A stretch of DNA of 64,000 nt, taken from Octopus vulgaris. Taxonomy: Eukaryota. The DNA lies in NCBI GenBank assembly GCA_951406725.2, contig OX597815.1:65720001-65784000 (forward strand), given 5' to 3'. The position numbers were made by a program, and so were the translations under genes. Below the pieces are notes generated by a model. That model did no database searches, was not told the DNA's origin, and worked only from the letters and a program-made list of their open reading frames with translations. Shown piece after piece: positions 38,930 through 52,959 of this stretch (position 1 is its first letter; every line of letters starts with the position of its first letter).

Positions 38930-40270
38930 TATCTTTAGCAAATGAAGCGATGTAGCAACTCTTTTTCTACTCCATACATTTCGTACAAAGACACACTGCC
39001 ACGTTACCAAGACACCTGACGTTTGACCTTTAACATGAACAAAAATTTTTAAAGAAAGCTTCCAATGGCGAGAGGATAACCGCCGTATCTACCAACAAGA
39101 CAACAAACTCACAACAAATGCTAAGCTACAAAATAATCTCTAGTGATCTTTAACAACGATCGGACATTTATGAAGTTACAAAAAAGGCATCCAAAAATCT
39201 AAATTACTTCTTTACGGCCCCAAAATATTTTAACTTTGATCTGATCTGAACTGGCTCCTGAGTACAGGAGTGATATTTGCTGAATTACTGCTTATATATC
39301 TAAGACGAAGTTGCTACTACAAACACCCATTTGACTGATTGATGAGAAAAGACTCTTTCACCAACACACTACAACTGTCGGGTAAGGGCGCTTTATTTCC
39401 TTTCCCTGTCTCTTCCGTCGATAATATAACGATTTCTGATCCTTTGAAACATCATGATGTGTACTACCTCCGTCCAAGCCCACTCCATCCAAACCCACTC
39501 CATCAAAGCCCACCTTTGTCACCTCCTCATTCCCATTGTTTCAACAAACAAACCCCAAATGTCACACAATAATTTCCCACCCACGATTACAGCCCTCTGT
39601 CTATAGTTTCTTTTAAGTTGAACAGCTACTGCATTAACCAACACCAGCAACCTAGATTTACTTTTTAAACTTATAGGCATTGCTTTTCTTTTCTCATCTA
39701 AATAGTAATCTTCTTTCAAAAACCCATAAACTCTGTAAACCCTACCAGACGGTACGTTAAGACTCTGGGCTTTATATTTCTCTTGTAAAAGGTAAACGGA
39801 ACTATTTCTGTTATCTTACCTCAGATACCTCTGTTGCAGAATCACAGGAAGTAGCATCATGTAAAAAAATGTATTGGAATGTAGAGAAGTAACCCCAAAT
39901 CCCTTCTATTTTCTTAGCATATCTATTTCGTCACTCTCTCATCCATCACAACATGAGTTTCCTTTCACCATTTCCTTCATCTTGAAATTATTATTTTCAC
40001 AACCTGTCTAATAACTTACTATATCTTATATCAATCTCTCTAACATAATTCTGTCATCACCATCCGCTACACTGCAGTCCTGTCTTGATATCCTTTTTAT
40101 CAACATTTAACCATTTACACAACACGTATTCAAATGGTCTTTTGTTTCTTTTCCAACAATGGCTACCGTTCGAACAGTAACTACTTTCCCGTCTTGCACC
40201 ACATCAATATACAGTATTTTGCGGCATTGTAGACGTGGTTTCATTGATGACTCACTCAGATTTTGGAAAT
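38930..40270 (-). pseudogene. Highly decayed LINE reverse-transcriptase region
   Basis: Only scattered, frame-broken similarity to RTE-like RT motifs. Confidence 0.4.
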
Positions 40271-41541
40271 GCAATTCTGGAAGAAAAAAATTATACTTAT
40301 CAGAGCCTTGTTCACATGATCAGACAATGCCCGGCTGGTACGCGCTAAAGGCTTGACAGACAAAATTGGCAGGCAAACCAGCGGAGTGCTCATACCCGTC
40401 GTTGAGCGAAATCATAAGCAGTTGCCACCTACCTAGTGGTTTTCTGCTAGATATTATTGTAGTACACAACACTATGCTCTTCGCTTTAACTACTCTGCGA
40501 ATATCTATGCGACACACCATGATGGTTGTACGACATCCACCACTGCTGACCACCTACCCACCAGTGCTCAACTACAACTGCCGCCATCCACCCCGTGAAT
40601 ACAGCAACACAACACCGGGCACTGCTCGATTATGTGGACAGTCGTGAATCTGTCGTCATTTTTAAAATAAAGAATCTGTAAAAGGAGTGGAGATCTTTAA
40701 TATAGCATTCCTTTTCTATGTATATAACCGGTTATAGAGTTTTTTCTGTTTAACATTGATGAAAACTAGTTACCATTTGTTGAAAACTATGGCAACTTCT
40801 CAACTAGCATTGTGAAAGAAGCATGCTAATTTCTAAAGTATTTTGTTTACGGAAAATTGGCGCCATTCTTGCCGTATTATTCCTTTTATTCTTCTATTTC
40901 CAAACTGATTCACACCGAATCAGATCACTTCTAGCCTACACACATCAATGGCTTTGCTACTTATCTCCCTCCCACAACATCACATGAAAGACCAAATTTA
41001 ATCGAGAAGGAATGAAAGGAAAAGTTAAATTCGACAATAGATTACATAATCTATGGGACTTCAAACTTGATAGTGTATGTAATCTTCTATATTGTCACTG
41101 CTAGTGAGTAGGCTGTTTGCACTGACCTTTGAACGAACGTACAATAATGAATGCTTTAATGAAGTTACAAGGTCACAAGTTTATAGGGAAAGAGATCGAG
41201 GCTATGCGACTCTCCTAGCTTTCTCCCTGACATTACTGGAACACAAAACAACCGAAGTGACGTAGTTTCTAAAATTCGTCGAAAGCAGGGCATATAATTA
41301 CATCGACAAACAGACAGATTTTCAAACAAACAATCATTGTATCTAAAGAAAACATTTAAAAAATTATTCAAAACAAAGGAAACTTTGAACTGTTAAATAC
41401 ATCGTTTTGGTATGGCTTTTCCTGATCTTTGATTTATGTCAAAAATAGCCTGTTTTGGATTGCAAGTTCAAAACCGATGCATGCATAAGTTTTGAATATT
41501 TATTATTTGGTGGTCCAATTCCTTCCAGTGATCGGGAATAT

Positions 41542-41888
41542 ACAGGAGTTGGACAAAAAAAACACCTTATTCAATGGAAGTTTTATTATTTTATTTAATA
41601 TTAATTTAGGATGTCGAGTAATTGACTTGTACAGGTTCTGAACGGTTGCTAGGGGAATTTTGAGCCATCTTTCAAGTGAAATCAGCTTTAGTTCTTTCAG
41701 CGACTATGGCGGAAAGAAGTGCTCCATTCTTGCTCCTTACTTCAAAATGCACCATAAATGTTTAATCATTCTGAGATCTGGTGATTGGGTGGGATGGGGG
41801 GCTATCCAAGTGGTCTATCTCACTTTTGTGCTCTTCATACCAATTCTGAATAACACTGGCCATATGAGTTGGTGCACTATCTCCTAGG
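41542..41888 (-). mobile_element. Tc1-like transposon fragment
   Basis: TA-CAGGAGTTGGACAAAA terminus; GDSAPTHMASVIQNWYEEH...HLD followed by a frameshifted QSPDL-like motif. Confidence 0.65.
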
Positions 41889-41889
41889 A

Positions 41890-42345
41890 AGATTACATTA
41901 CCATAAGAAAACAATGCTTGTATCATAGACAGGAACAGAGAAGAAAAATATGTAACATTATAAAGATTGGCTGCCCTATTGATGTGAATATTTCTTCGAA
42001 AATTAACGATAAAAGCAATAACTACAGGCAACTGCCTCGAAACCTCCAGTTTCTATGCACAAATTATAAATTCATATTTATATCAATAATAATTGGTGCC
42101 CTTGGTTTTGTGAATAAATGCCTAAGTGATAATCTGGAAAATAGGTTTTCATAAGAAAAAAATCAACCACTAAACTATCAAATTACGAATACAATCTGTA
42201 AGTGGAACAGTAAAAATATGTAAGTCTTTTGTCAAGTTCAACATGTGCTATTGTTTTTGCTATCTACATTTCAACGACGGAGCGCTATATCTTTGTTAGA
42301 AACCAGTTCCTTCCTCGGAGGAATATTTCTGAGAATCAAAAGTAG
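41890..42345 (+). pseudogene. RLE-type non-LTR retrotransposon C-terminal fragment and 3' UTR
   Basis: IGCPIDVNISSKINDKSNNYRQL..NLQFL..YKFIFISIIIGALGFV. Confidence 0.7.
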
Positions 42346-42489
42346 AATATACATATATTGCATAAATACATACACACATCATATATATATATATATATAT
42401 GCATGTATGTATGTATGTATGGATGGATGGATGGATTGATGTATATATATGTATGTATATATATGTATATACATACATACATACATACA

Positions 42490-42523
<34 letters not shown>

Positions 42524-43064
42524 CATACATAAAAGACTTAGCTGTCTTTCACACGCTAGTATGTCTTGGTAACATGTACCGTGCTTTCATTAATTGTTTT
42601 AGGTGCCTGTGTAGTCATAGCAGGCATAGATACTCTTTCCATTCTTTTTGTGTTATCTGATGGAACGTTGAGATTGTGACAGCTAAAGGGAGAAAGAGCT
42701 GAATCTGAGGTGACTGTTACTGATTTTCACCTGAAGAGAATGAAGTAATGAGAAACGATGACATTTGATAAAGAACACAACGCACCATCCGGTACAGGAA
42801 TCAAACCCACAAGCTTATGAACATGAGCGCAATACATTATCTAGTGGGTCACGCGCCTTCACATACATACATATATACATGCATACATATATACATAATA
42901 CATACATACACGACGCGCTTCCTCACAGTTTCCGCCTACCAAGTTCATTCACAAAGCATTAGTAGGCTTGGGGCTATAGCAGAAGGCATTTAGCCAAGGT
43001 ACCGCGCAACCAAACTGGATCAGAAACCACGTGACTGCACAGTAAATTTCTTAACTATTCGACC

Positions 43065-43117
<53 letters not shown>

Positions 43118-43121
43118 TCTA

Positions 43122-43166
<45 letters not shown>

Positions 43167-43781
43167 CTCTAAGAAAAGCTAAGAGAGTAGCAGAGAATAG
43201 CAGAGAGAACAGAGCGACAGATTTAGAATGCTATAGTATTCAATTCCATTTCTTTAATTTCTTACCCCAGGTTCTACCGAGATAGAATTTGCCTTTCATT
43301 TATCAGAGACCGATTATACAAATTGCATGCTTTCAAATATTTACTAAAGGTTTCGAAATTTCGCAGTAGTCATTGTGTAGCAAGTGATTTGATGTGAGAC
43401 CATCCAGTCCTCTTTGCCGCCCACTATTCTTGGGCGCATCACGGGGGGTAGGGTCGTCAAGTACTTCCTCCATAGATTTCAATCAGAAGGGACCGTCATT
43501 ACACTTACCTGGTGCCTGTTGCGAATAAGAGCACCAAAAAATTGAAATAAAAGTTCATAAGAATAAGTATACTGCTTTGTCCGTTGCCCGAATTAACAAG
43601 GGATGCGTTCGTATCTTAGACAGCAGGGTCCGTTCGAAAAATATATTGTAGTCTCCTCCCAACGCTGGTACAACCAGCAATAAACCTGTCCTGGGCTGGA
43701 TGTGGGAGTAGCACAAAATACGCATGTTCAGAACCTCAAAGAGGGTCCAAGAAGAAACAATTATTTGTGATTTAATCTGAG

Positions 43782-44080
43782 ACTGTGTTGAAACTGAAAG
43801 AACTCCCGTTTGGAAGAGTAATTTTAGTCATTTAATTACATTTAGAGCTGTTAAAATTAATTTTAAATTTAAATTTATTTTATGAGATGTTAATATTTTT
43901 CGTTGTCCGACTGTGATCTGGTCAACGACACAGCTCCACTAACTTTTGAAGTGTAAATACGTCGGGGACCAGACCACAATTATGTGATGGAATGAACTGA
44001 ATATTAATTCATAATGAATTTAACAGCTTTATGTACTTGCACATATTACTCCTTTACCAGAAATTAAACTTGTTCACAGT
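43782..44080. repeat. Degenerate fold-back/MITE-like element
   Basis: Nested inverted blocks ACTGTG/CACAGT, AGCTGTTAAAATT/AATTTTAACAGCT and TGTGATCTGGTC/GACCAGACCACA. Confidence 0.5.
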
Positions 44081-45224
44081 ACATAAAATTATAATTGCGT
44101 AGAGTTTGGTCTTTTCAGAATCTAAATGATTTTATCTTTTAATACATCTGCATTTTTGTGATGTGAAATCATTTATAGCGAGTAAATGAGTTTCAGATTG
44201 TTTTAGTTATCATTAGATAAAGCAGAGATGTTGAGGTCAACAACCGCTCAGTCATCCCCCATTTTTTCGCCTCCTATTATTTTTTTATTTTTTCTCATGA
44301 AATAATATTTTCGTAACAAATGTATGTATAAATCTTGAAACAAAATTTGGTTTGCGTTATTAGTATATTTGCTTAAATTTACGACAAGCAGCGTAGAGTA
44401 AGAGATATAATGAGGCTGATGAGGAATTTGCTAAATAAATGTAAGGAGATATCTTATATTTTTTAACCAAAGTAACTGGGTTAGAAACATTTAAATTGTC
44501 AAAACAGTATGGGCTGGGTATAATTATGGCAACAGTCTACTTGCACATATATAACAAGACTAGATTTTTTAACTTAATCAAAATGAAAATCTGATCTAGT
44601 TCTGATATTGTAACAGTATCCTAGTACAGACGCACGCGAATAATTTCTTATTACCCAGCCTTTATAGATGTGAAGGTAATGATCTCCAGGAGAAAATGAA
44701 ACATTTAGTGCTGTAATTATTATATCTCCGCCAAAGTCATAATTGATATATTTATTTGTATAAGATAATATCGCTATAACCAACAGCAGGCAAAAGTAGG
44801 TCGAAGAGGATTAAACTCGTTGTTTTTACAAGTGAAAACTTATTGTTTGTTTTGATTAGAATGTTAATTATATATATATATATATATAGCGTATTAAATA
44901 CATATACATCAAATATCTCAGACTAATACACTTTTTTAAGCATTCTTTAGCGTAATATCATCTGATTGCATTAAATGAAGAGGAGAAGAAGGTAAGCTTT
45001 GAGCGAATAAATATAGTCGAGTGATTACTTATGGAAGTAGTGGATTGACTCTGTACGGATCAGAATGAAAATAATTAACATATCACTATTGTAAATTCTA
45101 CAGGAAATCACCGGGATTGCAGATATTCAGTAAGATTACGCAATCAAAAATTATACGATTTATTATATAAACCTACAAGTTAATAAATGCAAACAAAAAG
45201 AACATTTTCTGTACATATAATCGA

Positions 45225-45385
45225 AGGCGTGGCTGTGTGGTAAGCTAGCTTCCCAACCACACGGCTTTGAGTTCAGTCCCACAGCATAGCACTTTGGGCA
45301 AGTGTCTTTTGTTATAGCCTCGGACCGAACAAAGCCTTCTGAGTGAATTTGGTAGACGGAAACTGAGAGAAGCCCGTCGTGTGTG
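45225..45385 (+). mobile_element. Family B SINE 5' half
   Basis: GGCGTGGCTGTGTGGTAAGCTAGCTTCCCAACC...GAAGCCCGTCG. Confidence 0.85.
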
Positions 45386-45397
45386 TGTATATGTATG

Positions 45398-45448
<51 letters not shown>

Positions 45449-45736
45449 AGGCAGTGTTCCAGCAAGGCCACAGTCAAATGAATATATATAACAAATTAAA
45501 AGAATATACATATATATATATATATATACATATACGTTATATTAAATCTATGAGTGAGAGGTAAACAATAATAGTACGGAATCGTAAAATATATACTAGA
45601 GAAGGGAGTGATCACCTCCCCTCGCAAATAATAATTGGACACAGACAGTGTGTCGTCACCTATATGGAGGAGATGTCTTCCTGGGGCTAAAAACAACAGT
45701 AACATCGTCCTCTACGGGGCTGCCACATATAGTTGG

Positions 45737-45816
<80 letters not shown>

Positions 45817-45852
45817 TACACACACACATCTATCTATTTATCTATCTATATA

Positions 45853-45911
<59 letters not shown>

Positions 45912-47205
45912 GTACATATATACGGTGATCTTTCCTTCATGTACATCCTCAAATAAAACAACTTGAAACACAACTAGAATACCTATATCTATGTATACTT
46001 ATGTGCACCCACTACTCATAAATTTTTTATTCTTATATTCACCATGCACAATGACCTTCTACTTGAATACTTTCTTACATAATATTACTATATGCTTCCC
46101 TCTCACTTTATGCCAAGCTAGCTTCTTAATTCATACTTTTATTTATACCTAAACATAGCCAATGTATTACATATCGATACTTATAATTTAAAATCTTTCT
46201 ACCCTTCATTCCTAGCTCTCTTATCTGCCCTACATTGTTATTTTCAGTTTACTACATCTAATTAAACCTCTGAATGTTCTTTTTAATATTTATTGCCATA
46301 GCAAGTATTTACTATATAAATCTGTAATATTAACAATTAATTTCCTATTTTTTATTTTTTTTAACCTTAGATTAAATGCATACAAACAGATATTAGTTCT
46401 TACACTATCACAAGACTTTACGTAGCTCTTTAAGCATTTCTACCCTTAATACTGATTTTCGTTACATTCTAGTAGCCACCTATATACTACATTCTCTAGT
46501 TTAATTTCAGTCTCACGCACAATTTTTTTTAAATACACACCACACCTAATATTGTTTGTAACTGTCAGGTCATATCCTAATTCAAACATAATTATGCTTT
46601 TCCATTGGACATTTCTATAAAATGTCCTTACATACATGACTTATTTGGAGTTTGAATTATCTATCTTTTTATTCTTCTATAGAGGAACCTTTCATAAAAC
46701 CTTTTCCACTTATATTTTCAAATAACCGTTAGATGCCTTAGTTTTAGTTTATACATAACTAGACTCACATTCTTTAATATGATGCTCGTATTTTTCATAA
46801 GTATGAATACCGAAATTATTCTTTGCTATTTCCTTTATCAAGTCCTCTGTAATGATAATTTTGAACAGTGATATATAGTTAATTTAATTTGATCAAATTA
46901 ATTTAGTTATTTCTATTCTACCATGAATTTGCATGTTTTAATATCGCTGTTTGAAACGATCGTATGCATGAATTAAAATTCTTTCAAATTTTAACATCTT
47001 CTCTTCTCCATTTTTAACAAATTTGTTGAGTTTTATGAGATACCTTTCCATAAATTCACATAACACACCATATACAAGTATTATTTTTATATTTGCAAAC
47101 TTACGCCAGTAAGCTACCAACAAAATATGAAGAATCTTTATTAGAAATCGTTTTTTGGATCATCCAAATTAGAGGACGAAATATAATTCAACCTTTTCCT
47201 AGATG

Positions 47206-47308
<103 letters not shown>

Positions 47309-47309
47309 G

Positions 47310-47520
47310 TGTGTGTGTGTGTACTTGTCCCTCATCACCGCTTCACAACTGATGTTGGTGTTTTTACGTCCGCGCAAGTTATCAGTTCGGAAATAGAAAT
47401 CGATAGAATAAGTATCAAGTTTCAAAAAGTAAAAACAAGTTCTGAGTCGATTCATTTGACTAAAAATTCTTTAAGGTGGTGCCCCAGCGTGGCCGCAGTC
47501 TAATGACTGTAACAAGTAAA
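47310..47520 (+). mobile_element. Family B SINE 3' half
   Basis: GGTGGTGCCCCAGCGTGGCCGCAGTCTAATGACTG. Confidence 0.8.
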
Positions 47521-48520
47521 ACTATTTGAAACTTCTTTCTACAGCTATCGTTATCGTAGAGGGTGCGGCAGAAAAACCTCCTATAAGTATTCTCCGTTGC
47601 ATTCTGGGGTTAGTGACGTTAGCCAGGTGGTAGTGGTATATTCTTGTAATTAATGAATTATTGTTTCTTTTCTATTTTCCATCAGGGTTTCAGGCAGTCT
47701 ACATTGTGCTTTTGCTGTTGAAACATTTAACAAAAATTGTGAATCTGAAACTTATTTTTGTCCCACTCTGAATTATTGATCATGATCCGCTAATTTACGG
47801 GGAAATCTTTTATAAATACATGACCAATGGACTCTTGCTGTTCGTTTTGTTTGTAAGGTGGCCAGATGTCAAGAGTGATGGTCAATTTCTTTTCTACCCG
47901 TTTCAAGAAGTAGAAATTGTTTCTAAATGTTTTTTGCTTCAAAATTATTTTTTTGTTTTGAAATGTTAAATTATCTAAACAATATGGTGCCTATCGTAAT
48001 AACACATGAGATGTGTGGGAAGAGTGGTGGTAAGAGGAGTAGGCAAACTAGAGTAACACTGTGATAATTGGCACCGCTATCATCATCTCCACCCAATCAC
48101 TTCCATTCTTAGTAACACCAACCAATGTTAGCGATGGTAACAGCGACACCTACCATCACCAATTTCACCACTATCACAGCTGACGAGTACACACAAACCA
48201 ATTGAGTGAGAGAGCTACAAAAACATATGTAAATTCCAGCTGCAACAGCAGTAGGAACGTAAACAAAACTTAAGAGAAGCAGTAGCTGCAACAATTATGC
48301 TAGCAGCAGAAACAACTTTTGCCAACGCTTGGATAGAGCTAGACCTTTAAAAGATCCAAGAAAATGGGGGGGAAATAGGTGAAGTACGTAATAGAAGACA
48401 TGATTAGCTTGTCGAGAAAAGGGTAAATGGACAGTGGTGTAATTTTTGCGTGGAAGGTATTTATAAGCCATTTAAGAAACACACAAAAACCGTTAGATTC
48501 ACTTCAACATTTATATTTAA

Positions 48521-48571
48521 TTTGTCAACATATTTTCGTCGCTTCGAGACCGCGACCTGTTCACTGACAAA
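48521..48571 (-). ncRNA. Type I hammerhead-like motif with G3-C8 swapped core
   Basis: TTTGTCA GTGAACA G GTCGC-GGTCTCGAA-GCGAC GAAA ATAT GT TGACAAA. Confidence 0.6.
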
Positions 48572-48610
48572 ATTCCGTCTGTTCACTGACAAAATTCCGT
48601 AGCACGGAAT

Positions 48611-48661
48611 TTTGTCAGTGAACAGGTCGCAGTCTCAAAGCCACGAACATATTTTGACAAA
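48611..48661 (+). ncRNA. Mirror copy of the G3-C8 hammerhead-like motif
   Basis: TTTGTCA GTGAACA G GTCGC-AGTCTCAAA-GCCAC GAAC ATAT TT TGACAAA. Confidence 0.55.
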
Positions 48662-49325
48662 TTAAATATAAATGTTGAAGTGTATCTAACGTTTTTTGTG
48701 TGTTTCTTAAATGGCTTATAAACACCTTTCACGCTGCAATTGTTTTCATTCCAGCACACGATCTCAGATCAGGTCACTTGCTATGCAAGTACATCTCCGG
48801 TGTAATTTTTCTTTTCCTTGAAAAGCATCTCGGATTTCTCCATGCCCCCGAAAGTTTATTTGAAAAGGCCCTGTCCAGTTTGTAGCAAGAGATCTGCTAT
48901 ATTGGACGGAGCAAGACTTTTGGAACTATAACCTGGTTCTAAAATCAGAAGAGAAAGCTAAGAGAATATTAAAGCTCATGAATTCTACAACGACCCATAG
49001 GTTGATGCAACAACATATGGCGTCAACAAAGCGTGAGGACCGCAGTCAAAACTTGGACAAAGAAATTCACCCTCGGTGGATTTTCAAATATTTGAAAATA
49101 AGAGCTGTGGTGGAAAAACGTGAGGACCCTGCGCTATACATGTGGCAGCGCCAAAAATCAAACTTTGTATTTTATTCCAATAATAAATACGAGGCCTGTA
49201 CTGGAGCCAATTTAATTGATTATATTTTCTCTTTATAAGATATTGGACTTCTGAGAAAATTAATGTTAATAAAGAGGTATTTTGACACAAATAATACTAC
49301 ACTGAAATTTAAGTTTAACAGAACC

Positions 49326-49530
49326 TTTATCTTTTACTTGGTTCACTTATCAAGAAGCGGTCATGCTGGACGGTCAACCATGTAGGATTTAGTCTAACAA
49401 ATCCACCCCAATACTTCCTTTTAAATCTGGTACTTATTCTTCGTTTTATTTTGCCGAACTGCTAAGTTACAGGGATGTAAAGAAACCAGTACCGGTTGTC
49501 AAGTGATGGGGATGGCAAACATAAATGCAG

Positions 49531-49597
<67 letters not shown>

Positions 49598-49748
49598 CAT
49601 ATACGATAGACTTTCACAGTTTTCGTGTACCAAATTCACTCACAAGGCATTGGTCGTGTCGGGGCTAAGTAGAAGACACTTACCCAGGATACAGCACAGT
49701 GGAACTGAACCCAAAACCAAATGGTTGGGAAGCAAACTCTTAACTTCT
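49326..49748 (-). mobile_element. Family B SINE
   Basis: Homology to 11650-12065. Confidence 0.82.
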
Positions 49749-50009
49749 TAACGACATCCCGTTAGTGAGAGCCATCTTACCGTTGCTAATGTCTTTGGAA
49801 AAATCATAAGTACCACAACTTCCCATTTCCTTTCCCGTCTATAACAGAGTACCTTGTTTTAAGTATAGGAAACAATACAATTCTTAATTCTTTGCTTGAC
49901 ACATTTCCCAGGCTTCCAGGTATCATACAGATATGCTACACATTTCCTTTTCTTTTCTTTTTTTTTTTTTTGCTTTCAGCCACCGGAGTAACTTGGTACT
50001 TATGAAATA

Positions 50010-50422
50010 AAAAGCTTGCTTCCCAACTACATGGTTCCGGGTTAAGTCCCACTGCGTGACACTTTGGGCAAGTGTCTTTTACCATAGCCTCAGGCCGACC
50101 AAAACCTTGTAGGTGGATTTGTTTGACGGAAGTTGAAAGAAGCCCGTCGTGTATGTGTATATGTATGTGTTTATGTGTGTGTCTGTGTCTGTGTCTGTGT
50201 GTGTATATGTGTGTGTTCGCTCCTCTCTTCACATCGCTTGACAACCAACGCTGGTGTGTTTGCGTCCTTGTAACTTAGCAGTTCGGTAAAAGTGACCGAT
50301 AACAATAAGTACTAGGCTTGCAAAGAATAAGTCCTTGGGTAGATTTCTTCGACTAAAAACTCTTTAAGGCGGTGATACAACATGGCCGCAGTCAAATGAC
50401 TGAAACAAGAAAAAGAAAAGAT
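50010..50422 (+). mobile_element. Family B SINE
   Basis: AAGCTTGCTTCCCAACTACATGGTTCCGGG...GCCGCAGTCAAATGACTGAAACAAG. Confidence 0.88.
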
Positions 50423-51054
50423 TTACTCAGGATGTATGAAACAAGGGCTAACTAAAAGTTTGAAAACAAGCATGGATGTTTAAAACAAACTTTTGAAAAT
50501 GCTTTGGACAGGCAAAGAGTTTAAATACGAAGAAAAGAGAAACAAATATGGAGGTCTGAGAACACAAAACATGCCAGTAATTCTAGTATCAGAAAAAGAC
50601 AAAGAATTTTTGCGAACTTCTTTTTCTTGATTTCGGTTTTGTCAGGTTTCTAAAGCCTGTTTGCAGTAGTTGTTGCTATTGTATGAGAAGAATTTATATT
50701 TTTATATTTTATTTGTGTAATCCGTTTCTATGAGAAAATGTAATGTAGAAGGAGACATTTTAGATTCTCGAGATGTTTGCCAGTGATAAAAGCTCTGTCG
50801 TCTAGTTCTTAATATAGCGACGCGAAAACTTATTAGATCAGCACTTCTCGTCTCCTTCTTGCTCTTGAGGCTATTGTAATTGTCAGTGGTGTTGGAGTTG
50901 TTGTTGGTTGGTGGCGGTGATCGCGATAATTGTATTGTTGTTAGTTTTGTTGCTGTTGTGATGAACCTTTTCTTCTTCATATTCAGCAAAGTTACTTTAA
51001 GTGTCTCGACGGAGACGTTGTTAATTTGTGCAATAATATCATTGTCATCATCAA

Positions 51055-51105
<51 letters not shown>

Positions 51106-51382
51106 ACTAAGTGCTTTTCACCCACTCCCTATCGTTTTCTGATTGTTCGTATGTATCTGTATCAAGATGGAAATATCTTTATATATGCTTGTGTGTGTGT
51201 GTGAGAGAGAGAGAGAGTGTGAGAGAGAGAGAGAGAGTGTGAGAGAGAGAGAGAGTGAGAGAGTGAGAGAGTGAGAGAGAGAGAGAGAGAGAGAGTGTGT
51301 GTGTGTGTGTGTGTGTGTGTGCATGTATTTACATTTGAGTGTATGAATCTGCATGCCTACATATCTATCTGTCTATCTGTTT

Positions 51383-51420
<38 letters not shown>

Positions 51421-51421
<1 letters not shown>

Positions 51422-52192
51422 TAGCTTAAGGTGACCCGCTCTACGCGCGGGTAAGTGTGTGGTTGTTACTTTCTGTTGCTTCCTTTCTGTTTTTATCACC
51501 ACATTCTCCCTCTTTCTTTCTCTTTCCTTTCTCTCTCGCATTCCCACTCTCTTACTCTTCCTTTCTCTCGGACTCTCCATCGCTTTCTCTTACTCTCTAT
51601 CCTTCTCTATCTATCTATCTCCCATCTATAAACAACAAAAGATCTTGAGTAAGTTGAGAAAGAAAATGTTTTGAAAGATCAATCATAAATATCAGGCAGT
51701 GACAACGGAAAGGTTTGCTTCAAGACAGACAGCAAAACACTAACATTTCAAAGGGACAGACGAACTTGCGAGCTGAATAAAAAATTTTTAAATATTGGAA
51801 ACCAAAGTTTGAAGGGATAGAATCTGAGGATAGTAGAGTCACCATGGCTGGCATTTCTTAACGACGGCCAGCAACTTAGTGGCAGTTTAACCGCTGGCGT
51901 AAAATTTTAAACTTGATGTAAAACAAAATTTCTAAACACCAAGTTTTGAAGTGATTCTTTCTCACAACGGTAGACTCACCATGGCAAGCATTCAAAACTT
52001 CTTCATCATTGATGGCAACACATTGAAGATTTAAAGGCTGGCGCAAATTTTTTAGTTTGATGTAACAGAGAATTCCTAAACACCCGCTTCTGTAAATTTT
52101 AATCCGCTACCAGCCCCATTTAGACCCCTTTTCACATTTTGGTTAATATAACCCGATTTCATTCGGGTCTACTCGGGCCGCATTTTATAAGA
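51421..52192 (-). mobile_element. Non-autonomous Helitron with internal ~140-bp tandem repeats
   Basis: Minus strand A|TC...hairpin ACCCGCGCGTAGAGCGGGT...CTAG|T; the repeated unit is marked by TCACCATGGC and GCTGGCG. Confidence 0.75.
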
Positions 52193-52416
52193 TGAGGTAT
52201 TTTGTTCTAGAAGTCACGCCTTTCATTTGAGGAAAAACATAGTTGCCATGCAAACTCGCCAGCACTTTTAACATAGGTGTGCATATTTTCAGCTCAACGG
52301 ACCACATAATGCACACATTATATATATATATATACGCATTAAATATTTATATGTACATACATACGCATTATATATATGTGTGTGTGTGTGTACGCATTAT
52401 ATAAACAAATGTATAC

Positions 52417-52464
<48 letters not shown>

Positions 52465-52890
52465 GATATATACATTTTGTATATATACATTATATATACA
52501 TATTTAAATATAGAACACACACACACACATATATAAATTAACCCAATAAATATCTGATTCATAATATTTGTTCTCATAATTGTGTGGTGGTGGTGGCGAT
52601 GATACTTCTCTCTATGAATGCAGACAGACGGAGAGAGAGAGAAAGAGTGACAACACTGGCGAAGGCGGCGGGGGAAAGATAGTATACGCTGTCAAACGAC
52701 GTTATAGAGAGAAAGTGAAAGGAAGGAAGGAAAGAGAGAGAGAGAGCCGGAGGAAGACAGGCACATAAGAGAATGAGAGAAGACTTGTCAAAGTGTGCGT
52801 TTTTTGCCCTAGTAGTCAATCCGACGGGATCTAGTGCCCTTTAACCCGTTCCAATGCCAAAACCAGACAAACAAACTTTTCGCATTTCAG

Positions 52891-52956
<66 letters not shown>

Positions 52957-52959
<3 letters not shown>

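Larger units (their letters stand above)
48448..48734. mobile_element. Palindromic (head-to-head) PLE-type mini-element with a 22-bp internal tandem duplication
   Basis: Arms of about 130 bp around AGC (48601-48603); CTGTTCACTGACAAAATTCCGT duplicated at 48557-48600. Confidence 0.85.

Noticed and set aside
45560-45740. Hammerhead in a short TA-flanked element
   Set aside because: Hairpins are present but neither strand has a recognisable CUGANGA/GAAA pair.
46040-47200. LINE remnant on the minus strand
   Set aside because: Too decayed to support with motifs.
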